From Octopus bimaculoides (lineage: Eukaryota): DNA of 64,000 nucleotides. Position 1 is the first letter of the stretch; each line of letters opens with the position of its first letter. Below, piece after piece: positions 49,811 to 62,823 of this stretch. Made by a program: the position numbers and the translations under genes. Below the pieces are notes generated by a model. The model did not search any database. It had not been told where the DNA came from and worked only from the letters and a program-made list of their open reading frames with translations. The DNA lies in assembly GCF_001194135.2 (NCBI RefSeq), contig NC_068988.1:91346099-91410098 (forward strand), in the 5' to 3' direction.

Positions 49811-50769
49811 TATATATGCATATATGGGTACAGGACGTCATCAACTGTGCAAACAGGAAATACGTAAAAACAGGACAAGTAAACACAGAGAAGGGACCCT
49901 TCATCAGTTGTCGGCTGTCTATCTACTCCTTATTTCGAGCATTCAACGGCAATATGAGTCTTCAGAGACAGTTACTCCCATAAATTCTAAAATTTTATTT
50001 AAGATTTGTGGAAGGTCAAAATTGGGAAGGAAAACAAAACAGTAGAGACATACATGGAAACGCAGCGTAAACAAACATGGATGGTTGTTAGACCAGAATG
50101 AGAGGAAAATAGTGAACGCTAGGAGAAATATTTTCTTTGAAAAGAGAAGAGATAGAAGAAAGAGAAATAAACATCCAGTCTTTTGAATGTCCGTGCAGGA
50201 AAAGAAATATGGTCACGTGAGGAAAAGAAAGATGGACGATGGTCAGATGTGAGCAACGAGAGAGAGAAAAGAGAAAGAGGGGAGAGAGACAGACAGACAG
50301 AAAACAGTGAAAGAAGGAGGGAAGAAGAGAATTAGAGAAGAATGGAGGAAGAAAAGAGTATAGAGTAGAGTCGCATCAAAAAGGGGAAGATAAACTTAGT
50401 TGGAAAGGATGCGTGGCGTTCAATTTATGTATGTATGTACGTAAGTATGTTTGTATGTATGTATGTATGTATGTATGTATGTATGCATGCATGCATGTAT
50501 ATGTGTATGTGTGTGTTCTTTTAGTACATCGGACTTGAAAGTATGCTTGCATTCTTCCCTCTCCAGCTGATGGATCGGTATGGTGAGTGATCACACGGAT
50601 GCTAAAGATCTTTTCACCTAATATTCGTATTTACTGGGCCTAGAATGGCTCCTCAGAGCACACACACCCGAAGCAGACACTGCAAGTCATCTCGTCCTAC
50701 ACTTTGACATTCCCATAATCCACTGGCTTATTTTAACTCCCGTGTATGTGTGTGTACAGATATGCTTAA

Positions 50770-50835
<66 letters not shown>

Positions 50836-51111
50836 TTGTGTGTGTCTGTGCCTCTGTGTGTGCGTATATANNNNNNNNNNNNNNNNNNNNNNNNNNNNNN
50901 NNNNNNNNNNNNNNNNNNNNNNNNNNNNNNNNNNNNNNNNNNNNNNNNNNNNNNNNNNNNNNNNNNNNNNNNNNNNNNNNNNNNNNNNNNNNNNNNNNNN
51001 NNNNNNNNNNNNNNNNNNNNNNNNNNNNNNNNNNNNNNNNNNNNNNNNNNNNNNNNNNNNNNNNNNNNNNNNNNNNNNNNNNNNNNNNNNNNNNNTATAT
51101 ATATATGCGCG

Positions 51112-51303
51112 CCGCCTTGAAATTTTAGTCGAATGTATCGACCCCGATACTTTTTTTAAAACCTGGTACTTACTGAATCGGTCTCTTTTGCCGAACCGCT
51201 AACTTATGAGGGCGTAAACACACCAACACCGGTTGTCAAGCGGTGGTGGTGGTGGACAAACACAGATACAAAAGCGCACACACACACATACACACACATA
51301 CCT

Positions 51304-51370
<67 letters not shown>

Positions 51371-51575
51371 CATAGATAGATAGATAGATAGATTTAGATA
51401 TATATAAATATATAGATACGTTGGATTTCTTTCAGTATCCAGCTGCCAAATCCATTCACAAGGATTTAGTCAGCCCGAGGCTATAGTAGAAGACACTTGT
51501 CCAAGGTTCCACGCAGTGCAACTGAACTCGGAACAATGTAGTTAAGAAGCCAGCTTCTTACCACACAGCCACTCG
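51112..51575 (-). mobile_element. SINE family C copy with an expanded internal (CA)n(GATA)n tract
   Basis: Family C 3' and 5' halves flank about 140 bp of microsatellite at 51280-51420. Confidence 0.88.
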
Positions 51576-51692
51576 TTATGAGAGTCAGAAGCAGTATTAG
51601 TTCAAATTAGGAATCTGTGTATCATACTTAAAGCAGATACATCGTTGAAAGCCCGATAAACTGTTAATTCGTCTCGAGATAGCATCTCTTAC

Positions 51693-51780
51693 AAACGTAT
51701 CGTTTTAAAAAACATTATGTTTCTGATATATTTCTGATATAATATATCAGAAGCATAATGTTTTTTAAAATGATACGTTT
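51693..51780. repeat. 40-bp inverted repeat with an 8-nt loop
   Basis: Arms 51693-51732 and 51741-51780; the two mismatches (51702/51771 and 51720/51753) are both G.U on the + strand. Confidence 0.9.
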
Positions 51781-52446
51781 TAACATATATATATATATAT
51801 ATANNNNNNNNNNAAAACTACAAATTATTACTCCAGATTGATAGCCGGCAAAATTGTTGTTTATTAATTTTATTACTAATTGACGATTCCCTGCCCTGCA
51901 TATCTATATATATATATATATATATATACGGGTGGCTTTTAAGCTAACACCTGTGGAGGGCTCTTCCTTTGGCCTTGGACCCAACAATGATACTTCATGC
52001 ATTGAGTGCATATTAAATTTCATTAAACTTGAACAATATTTTTCAAGCAATGAACAATTTTCTTCAAGACAATGATATAATATGTTGACTTGGAACTTAT
52101 TGCAAAGCTGCATGATGAACAACAGTATCACCACCATCGCTACCACAACTGCTATTCACACACCATTCAGACTTCTGACGCCACCACCATCAATACCTCT
52201 GACTTCGCCGCCTTCCCTTCCACTACCATTACCACTATCTTTCACATCGCTGACACTCACTGTCATCACCGCCGCCTCCGCCTCTATCACAACTACATCT
52301 CATACCATTACTATCACTCCGTTATCTTCACAAAAAGGCTAAATGTGTGTGTTCATTCAGTATGTTAGTTCAGTGTTCAGTCTTCTTTGTTCAGTCCTCA
52401 GTGCCCAGTGTTCAGGTGTGTGAGTCCTCAGTGTTCAGTCCTCACA

Positions 52447-52484
<38 letters not shown>

Positions 52485-52486
<2 letters not shown>

Positions 52487-52655
52487 CGCTTACGGAAAAC
52501 GACTTCCGAGCCGAATTCCAAAAGTGGCAGGAATGCTGGGACCGGTGTATTGCTGTGCAAGGTGACTATTCTGAAGGAGATGATGTTAAAACTTAAGTAA
52601 ATAAGTTATTTTTTATTAAACATAACAAGTCCGGGAACTTTTTGATACCACCTCG
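52485..52655 (+). mobile_element. mariner (DD34D-type) 3' end with TIR and TA
   Basis: TENDFRAEFQKWQECWDRCIAVQGDYSEG*, then ccgggaactttttgataccacctcg-TA. Confidence 0.85.
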
Positions 52656-52872
52656 TACACACACACGCACAAACACATACATAGAGACACTCATACATAT
52701 TTTAAAATATTATTATATATTTGTTGCATTAAGTGGCTTTTATACAATATTACAAAAGTCACTTAATGTAACAAATATATGATAAACAAATTTTAAACAT
52801 GCTTTCGTGCTACTTCCGCCCTTACTTTTTATCTATAACCTTCGATTTGTATGGATTCTTTATCCTTGTTAA

Positions 52873-52911
<39 letters not shown>

Positions 52912-53914
52912 NNNNNNNNNNNNNNNNNNNNNNNNNNNNNNNNNNNNNNNNNNNNNNNNNNNNNNNNNNNNNNNNNNNNNNNNNNNNNNNNNNNNNNNNN
53001 NNNNNNNNNNNNNNNNNNNNNNNNNNNNNNNNNNNNNNNNNNNNNNNNNNNNNNNNNNNNNNNNNNNNNNNNNNNNNNNNNNNNNNNNNNNNNNNNNNNN
53101 NNNNNNNNNNNNNNNNNNNNNNNNNNNNNNNNNNNNNNNNNNNNNNNGAAGAAGAAGAAGAAGAAGAAGAAGAAGAAGAAGAAGAAGAAGAAGAAGAAGA
53201 AGAAGAAGAAGAAGAAGAAGAAGAAGAAGAAGAAGAAGAAGAAGAAGAAGAAGAAAGATTGGTAATGATATGTAGGGTGGAGAAAGAGGGGAAAGAAGGC
53301 AAAGGATTGAAAAGAGGGAGAGATTAAAGGGCTGAAATATCAAAGTAAATACCTCGTTGAACTATCTTAGTGTGAATGATAGGGTCAAAACATCTACTGA
53401 TATTCTACTTTGTCCCACTTCATCTGCTTCACAACCCAAAATAGAGGCGGAGAGCGAGCTGATACCCCTTCCTTCCTCCCCTTTCTCTCTTTGTGTCTCT
53501 ATCCCCTGTCTCTCCCCTTTTTTCGCCCTTCTCTCCCTTTTTTTTCGCCTTTCTCTCCCTCATCTCTCTTCTCTTGCTCTCTTTTTCTCATGGCTATATA
53601 TGCTCAAGGAGTTCGCTTCACGATATTGTAGTTCCGGGTTTGATATGACTTAGAATCAACCACATTCGGCATCTAAAACAAACTCGGTTTGGTTGACCAA
53701 TGCTTTGGTAGATGGAAGCAATGCAGCGGATCATCGTATACACGCACACACGCATATATATATACCCATACACATGTATGTGAGTATATGCATGTATACG
53801 TGTGTGAGTGTTGGTGGATGCTTGTATGCACATAGTTATGTGTAGATAGATAGATAGATAGATAGATAGACAGACAGGTAGGTAGGCAGGTAGGTAGATA
53901 TGCATATGTATATA

Positions 53915-53947
<33 letters not shown>

Positions 53948-54472
53948 NNNNNNNNNNNNNNNNNNNNNNNNNNNNNNNNNNNNNNNNNNNNNNNNNNNNN
54001 NNNNNNNNNNNNNNNNNNNNNNNNNNNNNNNNNNNNNNNNNNNNNNNNNNNNNNNNNNNNNNNNNNNNNNNNNNNNNNNNNNNNNNNNNNNNNNNNNNNN
54101 NNNNNNNNNNNNNNNNNNNNNNNNNNNNNNNNNNNNNNNNNNNNNNNNNNNNNNNNNNNNNNNNNNNNNNNNNNNNNNNNNNNNNNNNNNNNNNNNNNNN
54201 NNNNNNNNNNNNNNNNNNNNNNNNNNNNNNNNNNNNNNNNNNNNNNNNNNNNNNNNNNNNNNNNNNNNNNNNNNNNNNNNNNNNNNNNNNNNNNNNNNNN
54301 NNNNNNNNNNNNNNNNNNNNNNNNNNNNNNNNNNNNNNNNNNNNNNNNNNNNNNNNNNNNNNNNNNNNNNNNNNNNNNNNNNNNNNNNNNNNNNNNNNNN
54401 NNNNNNNNNNNNNNNNNNNNNNNNNNNNNNNNNNNNNNNNNNNNNNNNNNNNNNNNNNNNNNNNNNNNNNNN

Positions 54473-54504
<32 letters not shown>

Positions 54505-54681
54505 GAGAGAGAAAAACATACCTATACATATGAATATAGATATATAGATATATCGATATATATAATCACATACACTTCTATGTATATATCCTATCGATAA
54601 TATGGGTGAACGTACGATCGATAGGTAAACGGATATACAGATAGATAGATGGTTAGATAGATATACAGATAGATAGATGGT

Positions 54682-54744
<63 letters not shown>

Positions 54745-54899
54745 AAGAAATGAGCGAGAAGAGGAACATGAAGCTAAGAGGAAAAGAAAGCAAGAGAGAA
54801 AGAACAAGACGTAAAAGATAAGTGTAGCAAGAAGGGAAGCTTGGGGAGATCGAGTAGATGGCAGGGGTGGAGCCATTGACACAGTTTCTGCTGGGGTTG

Positions 54900-55080
54900 G
54901 GGTCGGGTGCTTCATGTAAAACCAAAGAAGCTGGAGACACAATAACCACAGTGTGGATGATAGGGATGTTAGAACTAGTGCGTTTGATGGAGATGGAGGC
55001 GTGATGGTAGGGTCCTAAGATGGAATTACTAACAAAAAGGGGGTGGCCGATAGAGTTGTTTGTAAAAGAGATATCACTTG
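54900..55080 (-). mobile_element. Possible CR1-group APE endonuclease C-terminal fragment
   Basis: DISFTNNS..FVSNSILGPYHHASI resembles the DLFLT..PLG.SDH..I motif. Confidence 0.35.
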
Positions 55081-55256
55081 ATCGGTAGTAAAATAACCCC
55101 CTCACAAGCCCCCAGAACAAATGCGAGGGTCTCGAGTAATTTGTGCCCTCGAAGAAGGGATTACACGAAAGCGGATACACATACACATATGCACATTATA
55201 TATAAGCATACATATATATGTATATGCGTACGTATATATATATACATACATACACC

Positions 55257-55298
<42 letters not shown>

Positions 55299-55355
55299 GG
55301 TGTGTGTGTATGTATGTATGTATGTATGTATGTATGAATGAAAGTATGTATGTAT

Positions 55356-55445
<90 letters not shown>

Positions 55446-56128
55446 GTATATGTATATATACATATACACGTCTGAAACAGCTGTAGTGAACTTTAACTCA
55501 TCTGCGTTCTTTCTTTATATGTGTGTGTGGGGGGGCGTGTTGCTGTGTGCGTGTGCGTGTGCGTGTGCGTGTGCGTGTGCGTGTGTGTGTCTGAGTGTGT
55601 GTGTGTGTGTGTGTGTGCGTGTGTGTTTGCATGTATAGCCATTTATGTATCTAGTGTCATAATTAATGATTGCACACTGTTGATAGGCCAGTTGCTGCAG
55701 TATTTGTCCCCAAATAACAGCTCTCATGGACGTACTTTGTTAAAAACGCAAGAAATAAGAGTCTAAAATTCGCCTCAGCAGTGGTCATCGAGAACGTGAG
55801 ATGTATTTCAGCCTTTTTGAGTCTTTAGAATTGCACGTACACACAACTAGTCATAGGTTCGAACGAGAATTCATCACCTCTGATAAAAAAAAAAGTGAAT
55901 AAAATATTTACTGATGTGAACAGCCGCCCTGTTTAAAAGAAATCTGGAATACGTAACTGAATTTGTATTACATTAAAATATGTATAATACTTAATGTACA
56001 CATACATACACAACATACTTTTATATGCATATATATGCATTTTATATATATATATATATATATATGTATATACATATGTATACACACGTGCAAACACACA
56101 CTCACACACGCACACATATATATGTATG

Positions 56129-56208
<80 letters not shown>

Positions 56209-56211
56209 TGC

Positions 56212-56860
56212 GAAGGTTAGCTCTCTGGGAATATATGTCAGATATCAATCTTCTAGCCGCCTCTTTAATCTTTGCCAATTTGCTGCCAATTCAGAGGTTC
56301 TCCAGTCTATTATTCGTGACCTCCTTTATGCAGATGACTGTGACTTAGTCACTCATACAGTGGATGACATGCAAATACTCATGACTCAGAGATGTCTCAG
56401 ACACATTCTCAATGTTCGCTGGACCTTAAAAGCTCCAGACACACAGGTCCTGAGGACAGCTGATATCTTGAGAAATTAGGCGATGGTGTACAAGCACCGG
56501 TTACGTTGGACTGGACACGTTATTAGAATGAAGGATTGCAGGATCCCTAAGCAGATCGTATATGGGGAACCTGAGAATGGAAAGTGACTGCGATTTAAGG
56601 AATGTGTCAAGTCCTCATTAAAGACCTGTGATATGAAGGAGACTGAGTGGGAGAGCAATGCCTGTCATCACCACAGATGGAGGAAGCAGGTTAAGGAGGG
56701 GGTTGACACTTTTGAGATAGCACGTATTCTGCATGAAGAACTTAAGCGTGCTGCTCGAAATCGCACTGCTGGTGTAGTGAATGGGGAACGCTTGGTTTGC
56801 AATGTTTGCAGTGGTGTATACTTGTCAAGAGCAGGGCTCATTAGCCACCAACGGAGCCCT
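56212..56860 (+). mobile_element. Internally deleted RTE-BovB-type LINE 3' part
   Basis: [19 protein letters not shown] (YADD at 56327-56338) is fused at about 56383 to [44 protein letters not shown], ending in the zinc-finger-like CNVCSGVYLSRAGLISHQR. Confidence 0.85.
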
Positions 56861-56908
56861 GCTCTTGACAAGCATACACCACTGCAAACATTGCAAACCA
56901 AGCGTTCC
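56785..56908. repeat. 55-bp fold-back duplication of the RTE 3' end, 14-nt loop, one A.C mismatch
   Basis: Arms 56785-56839 and 56854-56908; A56820 lies opposite C56873. Confidence 0.93.
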
Positions 56909-56917
56909 AGTTGTATG

Positions 56918-56963
<46 letters not shown>

Positions 56964-57189
56964 CGTGGGTAGAATTCTTGATAGGTAAATAGGTAGATAG
57001 GTAGGTGGACAGGTTCGTGTACTAAAATATTTTCCCTCTTCTCGTATAATTTCTACTTTTCTCATTCTTTCAAAAGTCTTGCGCTCGAAACATGAAAACG
57101 TTTGTGTGTCTCAAGACATGAAACTAATCAGTACAATTTTTATTATATTCTTTCTTTTTCAAGTTGTTATTTTCCCAATGATATTGTAT

Positions 57190-58010
57190 TTTATCTAGAC
57201 TTGCTATACACTCACACGGACAACCACTAGAGAAAGGTTAAACCTATAGGTAATGAATTTAACTGGATTTGAATACTAGAGACAAACGAATGCTAAGAGG
57301 ACGTGGAGTGCAGCAGTAGTATTTATACCAAATTTCTCAACGGAGAGATAGAGGAACAGGTGTCCATTAGCTCTGACTTTACAGAAAATGTACTTGTGAT
57401 CATTAAGATAAGAGAGAAATCCAAGCTGTCAGGAAAAACAATCTCCATCGTCTTTGAGATGATAGAAGTGAGTAATAATTTAGTGACTGGGGGATCAGAA
57501 GGGTTTCACTTTTTGGAAATGGGTCATGGTAGTACGTTTGTAAAAATCGAAATATAAGCATGTAGAAAGAGAAAGAGAAGAGAGACGAAGGTTGGAAGAC
57601 AGAGTGATTGAAGAGTTTGGGCGAGGATATGAGCTAGCTCTTTATCTGGGGATAGCGAAATGGTTATTGACAGGCCATTGAATTAAGTGGTTTGGGGTGA
57701 CCTGAAATGTTTTCACATCTGACATGTATTCATATGTGGATGTTAGCCTGATAAAGAGTTTTGGAAAAGGTCTACTTATTCTGTGTAGTGTACAACTGGA
57801 TGCAAAATGGTCAGCAAATATGAAAACAATCTCGGTGGAAGTATTGCTTACAGAGCCATCAGCACTGCAAAGTGGAGAGTATGAGAACACCACAAAGTTT
57901 ACACACGCGTGCAAACACACACACAAACACACACATATATAGTTCACAGTGTTATTACCACTCTGTGGAGGGTAACACAAGCAGACAGACAGGCAGGCAG
58001 GCAAGTAGGC

Positions 58011-58058
<48 letters not shown>

Positions 58059-58400
58059 TGCTCTACTAAAATCTAGGAATTACTGAAGTTTTAGTTTCTA
58101 CCCCATCATCATTTGTGCGAGTCGAGTTGCAAGGGTCGAGAAGACTTGTGAGCGTTAAAGTCATTGAGAATGATACATGCAAAGAGTAGGGGTGGAGTTG
58201 CTTGATATAGTTTGTCCTCGATGCAGAAAGAGATTTGATCGTTAGATTGGTGGTGTCTGGAGGAGGTTGAAGGCCAGTAGAGCAGCAGGTAATTTACAGG
58301 TGTGGGGAAGAGAAAGCCAGACTAAGTGAAAGTTTTTGTTGGTGATATCCAGGTGAAAGGGATGAGTGGCGTGATTGCGGAGTGGAATCTACATATACGC
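57190..58400 (-). mobile_element. Decayed CR1/Jockey-group LINE ORF2 (APE, linker, start of RT), interrupted by microsatellites
   Basis: Collinear pieces ILNDFNAH..TNDDGVE (about 58100-58190), IFADHFASSCTL (about 57790-57830), LLTSIISKTME and NDHKYIFCKVRANGH..EKFG..AALH (about 57300-57480). Confidence 0.62.
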
Positions 58401-58468
58401 AGACAATACCATATACATCAAACATAAAAATATATACCCGTTTATTCATGCAAATAAAACCTCGGTTG

Positions 58469-58519
<51 letters not shown>

Positions 58520-58693
58520 ATGTATACATCTGTTTAAATAGAAAATATACATTCACTACAGTACAAATATATACCGTTGTTATATAAGACATAAATAAAC
58601 ACCTGCCTAAATATCCGAAAACATTTTGTTCAGCCATAATAACCATTTTAATATAGAAACATAACGGAGAAGAAGAAGAAGAAGAAGAAGAAG

Positions 58694-58724
<31 letters not shown>

Positions 58725-59051
58725 GATAGTGATGCTAGTGATGATGATGATGACGATGAGGAGGAGGAGGAGGAATGAAAGGGAGGAGAATAATGAGAAT
58801 AGTGAGAATGAGAATAGGAGTACGAGTAAAGGGTTTCTGTAGTGGTGGTGTGAAGAAACAAATGTTCAGATATTAATAAAAAAGAAAATTCGACCCTCCA
58901 CTTCAAGCTCTCCAGTCATCGTGTATATATAATATTCCAACAAAACACTCACACAAATATACGCACTCACGTGCGCGTGTATTTATATATATAAATATAT
59001 ATATATATTACATAGAAAAATGAGAGCATGGAAAGTAATATTCTTAAGATC

Positions 59052-59362
59052 TTGTTGTTGTTGGCACTCCGTCGCTTACGACGTCGAGGGTTCCAGTTGA
59101 TCCGATCAACGGAACAGCCTGCTCGTGAAATTACCGTGCAAGTGGCTGAGCACTCCACAGACACGTGTACCCTTAACGTAGTTCTCGGGGATATTCAGCG
59201 TGACACAGAGTGTGACAAGGCTGACCCTTTGAATTACAGGCACAACAGAAACAGGAGGTAAGAGTGAGAGAAAGTTGTGGTGGAAGAGTACAGCAGGGTT
59301 CGCCACCATCCTCTGCCGGAGCCTCGTGGAGCTTTAGGTGTTTTCGCTCAATAAACACTCAC
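59052..59362 (-). mobile_element. SINE family B copy, 5' end lost in the gap
   Basis: Reverse complement of 1-300 and 20990-21294 with few differences. Confidence 0.92.
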
Positions 59363-60099
59363 NNNNNNNNNNNNNNNNNNNNNNNNNNNNNNNNNNNNNN
59401 NNNNNNNNNNNNNNNNNNNNNNNNNNNNNNNNNNNNNNNNNNNNNNNNNNNNNNNNNNNNNNNNNNNNNNNNNNNNNNNNNNNNNNNNNNNNNNNNNNNN
59501 NNNNNNNNNNNNNNNNNNNNNNNNNNNNNNNNNNNNNNNNNNNNNNNNNNNNNNNNNNNNNNNNNNNNNNNNNNNNNNNNNNNNNNNNNNNNNNNNNNNN
59601 NNNNNNNNNNNNNNNNNNNNNNNNNNNNNNNNNNNNNNNNNNNNNNNNNNNNNNNNNNNNNNNNNNNNNNNNNNNNNNNNNNNNNNNNNNNNNNNNNNNN
59701 NNNNNNNNNNNNNNNNNNNNNNNNNNNNNNNNNNNNNNNNNNNNNNNNNNNNNNNNNNNNNNNNNNNNNNNNNNNNNNNNNNNNNNNNNNNNNNNNNNNN
59801 NNNNNNNNNNNNNNNNNNNNNNNNNNNNNNNNNNNNNNNNNNNNNNNNNNNNNNNNNNNNNNNNNNNNNNNNNNNNNNNNNNNNNNNNNNNNNNNNNNNN
59901 NNNNNNNNNNNNNNNNNNNNNNNNNNNNNAAGAATATTACTTTTCAGGCTTGCATTTTTCTATGTAATCCATCATTTTCCCAGGCATTGCTGTTATAAGA
60001 TAATTAATAATGTGTCAATTAATAATTTAAGATTTTAAATTATAAAATACTGAAAGATAATATATCAATTTTTCCACGTAAGTGATGATAATATTTCAA

Positions 60100-61817
60100 T
60101 TTTTTTCATGTTTAATTTAAATATATGTTGTGATTGAATTATTTGATATTACCCATCCACACCAAATTAATGTTGGTTGCACCATGGCTCACCAAAAATT
60201 ACAAACAACAAGACCCCAAAACCACCTGTTACCAAGCTCACCTTAAGTAACCTAGATTTTGAGTTGGGGATAATAGCACTGACTGCTGCTAAAGTAGATC
60301 TATCAATAATTATTCAATACAACAGTAATTATAAAATCATATCAGATATACACAAGTTAAAATTAGCTACGTCCCATTAATATAAATTTGATTAATGAAA
60401 AATCCCTTTTAATTAATTTTGAAATTTAAAAAGTAAATTTAGAATGTAAGCACTTTTAACCAATGCCTTTTCTGGACAGCCTTACTACATACCTTCTGTT
60501 ATATCCATGAACCTTTAAAACATTTATATCCCTAGATCTACCACGGAAATAAACCTCCCCATTTTAATTTGATTTATTTTTACTTTCTTAACGTCTCCTA
60601 CAAACGGCGTTACCCTGTTATCTTACTATATTTCACCAATTGTTAAATTTGAGCTTGATAAAGAACTAGAACGGGCAACTTTGCTATAATTTCTACTGAT
60701 TCTTATAACCGAAAGCTGTTAAAAGGATATCTTGGATTATTCAACGCTAAATTTCTGGTTTGAAAGGACATGTAACAAATTTTGAATATGTACGCGTTTC
60801 CATGGAAGATGGCTAAAATCTTGATTGATGCCTTAACCTTATTTATTGACAAAGAGGTTGATAGGAAAAGTTGTTTGATAATGTCAAGGCAATTGTAACA
60901 CAAATCTTGAGGGTGATAAATGAAAAGGTAAGAATTATTTAGCCAATTAAAAACCAAACGTGGAACGGGACTTGTTGGCATTGCTTGTGGTACACACGTT
61001 GTGCACAACTGTCTCCAAGCAGTTGTTGATGTATTATCAATTGTATTATCAAAATTACAGACTCACATTTCTTATTCTTTTTTCCTGATGTTTTCTTTTT
61101 TTCTTTTCATTCTGATGTTTACCTTTTTTTTATTCTGATGTCATAAACTTCGAAAGAGCACGAAATAATTCTTTTTCGGAATGACGGATCTCGAAGCAGA
61201 AAAGTTATAAATAATGCGTGTAAATTTTGGATTAAAAACCACCGTCCAGAAAACGTCAAAGGTGCCCCTATCCAAGGGGATATATTTAATCCAATATTTA
61301 CGCGCTATTATTTATAGCATTTCTGCTTCAAGATCCATCGTTCCAAAGAAATTTTATTTTTATCGTTGGGTATGTGCGTTATGCTAGATGAAACTTTAGC
61401 TCAAAAAGTTTTCCGGTCAACTTTGACGAACTGCTAGATAAGTTGAAATTCATATCACAAGAGACTGAATGAAAAGTAAATGTGACCGCAAGAAGCAGCA
61501 AATTGGTAATTTCTTACTTTTTTAGAAGCAATTAAATTTTGGACACGGAAAAAGCTGCAAAATATGTCTATAAATCCGAGCACTCTTTGACTTTAGAGTT
61601 AGAAAAAGCAGGAAAGCTCACGCAGCTTTCTCCTCTTTTCAAGCAATAAAATAGCTTCTGTAACATGCTAATTAAAGACTAACTCGTATCAAATTTTTTT
61701 TAGATTTAAAAAAAAAACAAAAAAAACGGAACAGAATTTCAAACCCACTGGGACGCTGGGACAAATTTACTGAACAGGCACAATCCCAGTCAAACCAAGA
61801 CCTATGGAAATCCCCTA
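60100..61817 (+). mobile_element. Decayed hAT transposon (Blackjack-like) with right terminus
   Basis: STDSYNRKLLK (D.SNRK-type) and LVGIACGTHVVHNCLQAVVDVL (CxxH) at 60971-61036; terminal region gggacgctgggac..atcccagtcaaaccaagacctatggaaatccccta. Confidence 0.68.
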
Positions 61818-62169
61818 TATGCGTTTGCGTGTGTGTGCGTGCGTGCGTGCGTGCGTACGAGTGCGTATGTATGTATGTGATCCTTCGTCTTTGTTTAAAT
61901 ATCTCCCCAAGTGAAGGAAATTCCGAAATAACAGCCGCCTCGTTGCGAAACGAGAAATTTTGCTCTTGTTTGTTTCAGGATTACTTGGCTTTGTAGGTGA
62001 GAGTCTGAGTGGTGTTGTGCAAGCTGTTATTGACTTTAAACTTTAGCACTCGCATTGTTGACAGCCGTTGCCTTTAACATCTAGGATAAGATAATTTGTT
62101 AGCGATGGTGATGCTTATCGATAAGTTAACATCCACCATGCATGTATGTATGTAGATAAATAGGTATGA

Positions 62170-62430
62170 CCTTATTTCAGAGTTGGCAGTGTCTTGGGAA
62201 GGCAATATAGAATGGGACCGTGAAAGAAAGAACCTATAACATGAAGAACTTCAAGAATCGTATGTGGCACAAAGATAGCAGGCAGTATACAGTGCTTCTA
62301 AGAGAGGTAGGACATCGAGAATATATAGCAAACATGAGCAAACTTTTGCAAGAAGGCGGCATGAAACATGGCTCACTATCAGCGAGCAGTACTGCTAAAA
62401 AGATCCAAGGTAATATTCTGTTATTCGTGC
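62170..62430 (+). mobile_element. RLE endonuclease fragment of a HERO/NeSL-like non-LTR retrotransposon
   Basis: LISELAVSWEGNIEWDRERK (cf. IELTVPWEEN...HERK), then VLLREVGHREYIAN (cf. EVG.RG). Confidence 0.65.
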
Positions 62431-62569
62431 CATTAAGAAATTCCGGCTGGCCGCAATTTGTCCTTAGCTAGATCCATAAACCTAGGTCCGTTAGATCCTA
62501 CATGGTTAGCATTAGACATAGGAAGACTAGCTGTAAAATGACACATAAATTGGAAATGAAATCAGAAAA

Positions 62570-62735
62570 TTCGGAGGTGCTATGTAGCTGTGTTGAGAAG
62601 TCTGCTTCCGAACCTCATGGTTCCGGGATCAGTCCCACTGCATGTCACCTTGGGGAAAGGTCTCCTACTAAAGCCTCGGGCCGATCAAAGCCTTGTGAAT
62701 AGGTTTAGTTGATAGAAACTGAAAGAACCTCGTTG

Positions 62736-62767
<32 letters not shown>

Positions 62768-62784
62768 GAGAGCGAGAGAGAAAA

Positions 62785-62823
<39 letters not shown>

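Larger units (their letters stand above)
9848..59929. other. Assembly gaps: 9848-10263, 12384-12471, 20452-20814, 22960-23880, 29932-29941, 33595-34372, 37049-37595, 38239-39114, 40244-40253, 45019-45028, 46729-47489, 48324-48952, 49602-49611, 50871-51095, 51804-51813, 52912-53147, 53948-54471, 59363-59929
   Basis: Runs of N, most flanked by (TA)n, (CA)n, (ATT)n or (GAA)n; gap edges read by eye to within 1-2 nt. Confidence 0.95.

Noticed and set aside
55474-55485. GAA-ACAGCUGU-A, the 3' half of a hammerhead, after a long (TA)n tract
   Set aside because: No CUGANGA core or matching stem I found upstream of the microsatellite.
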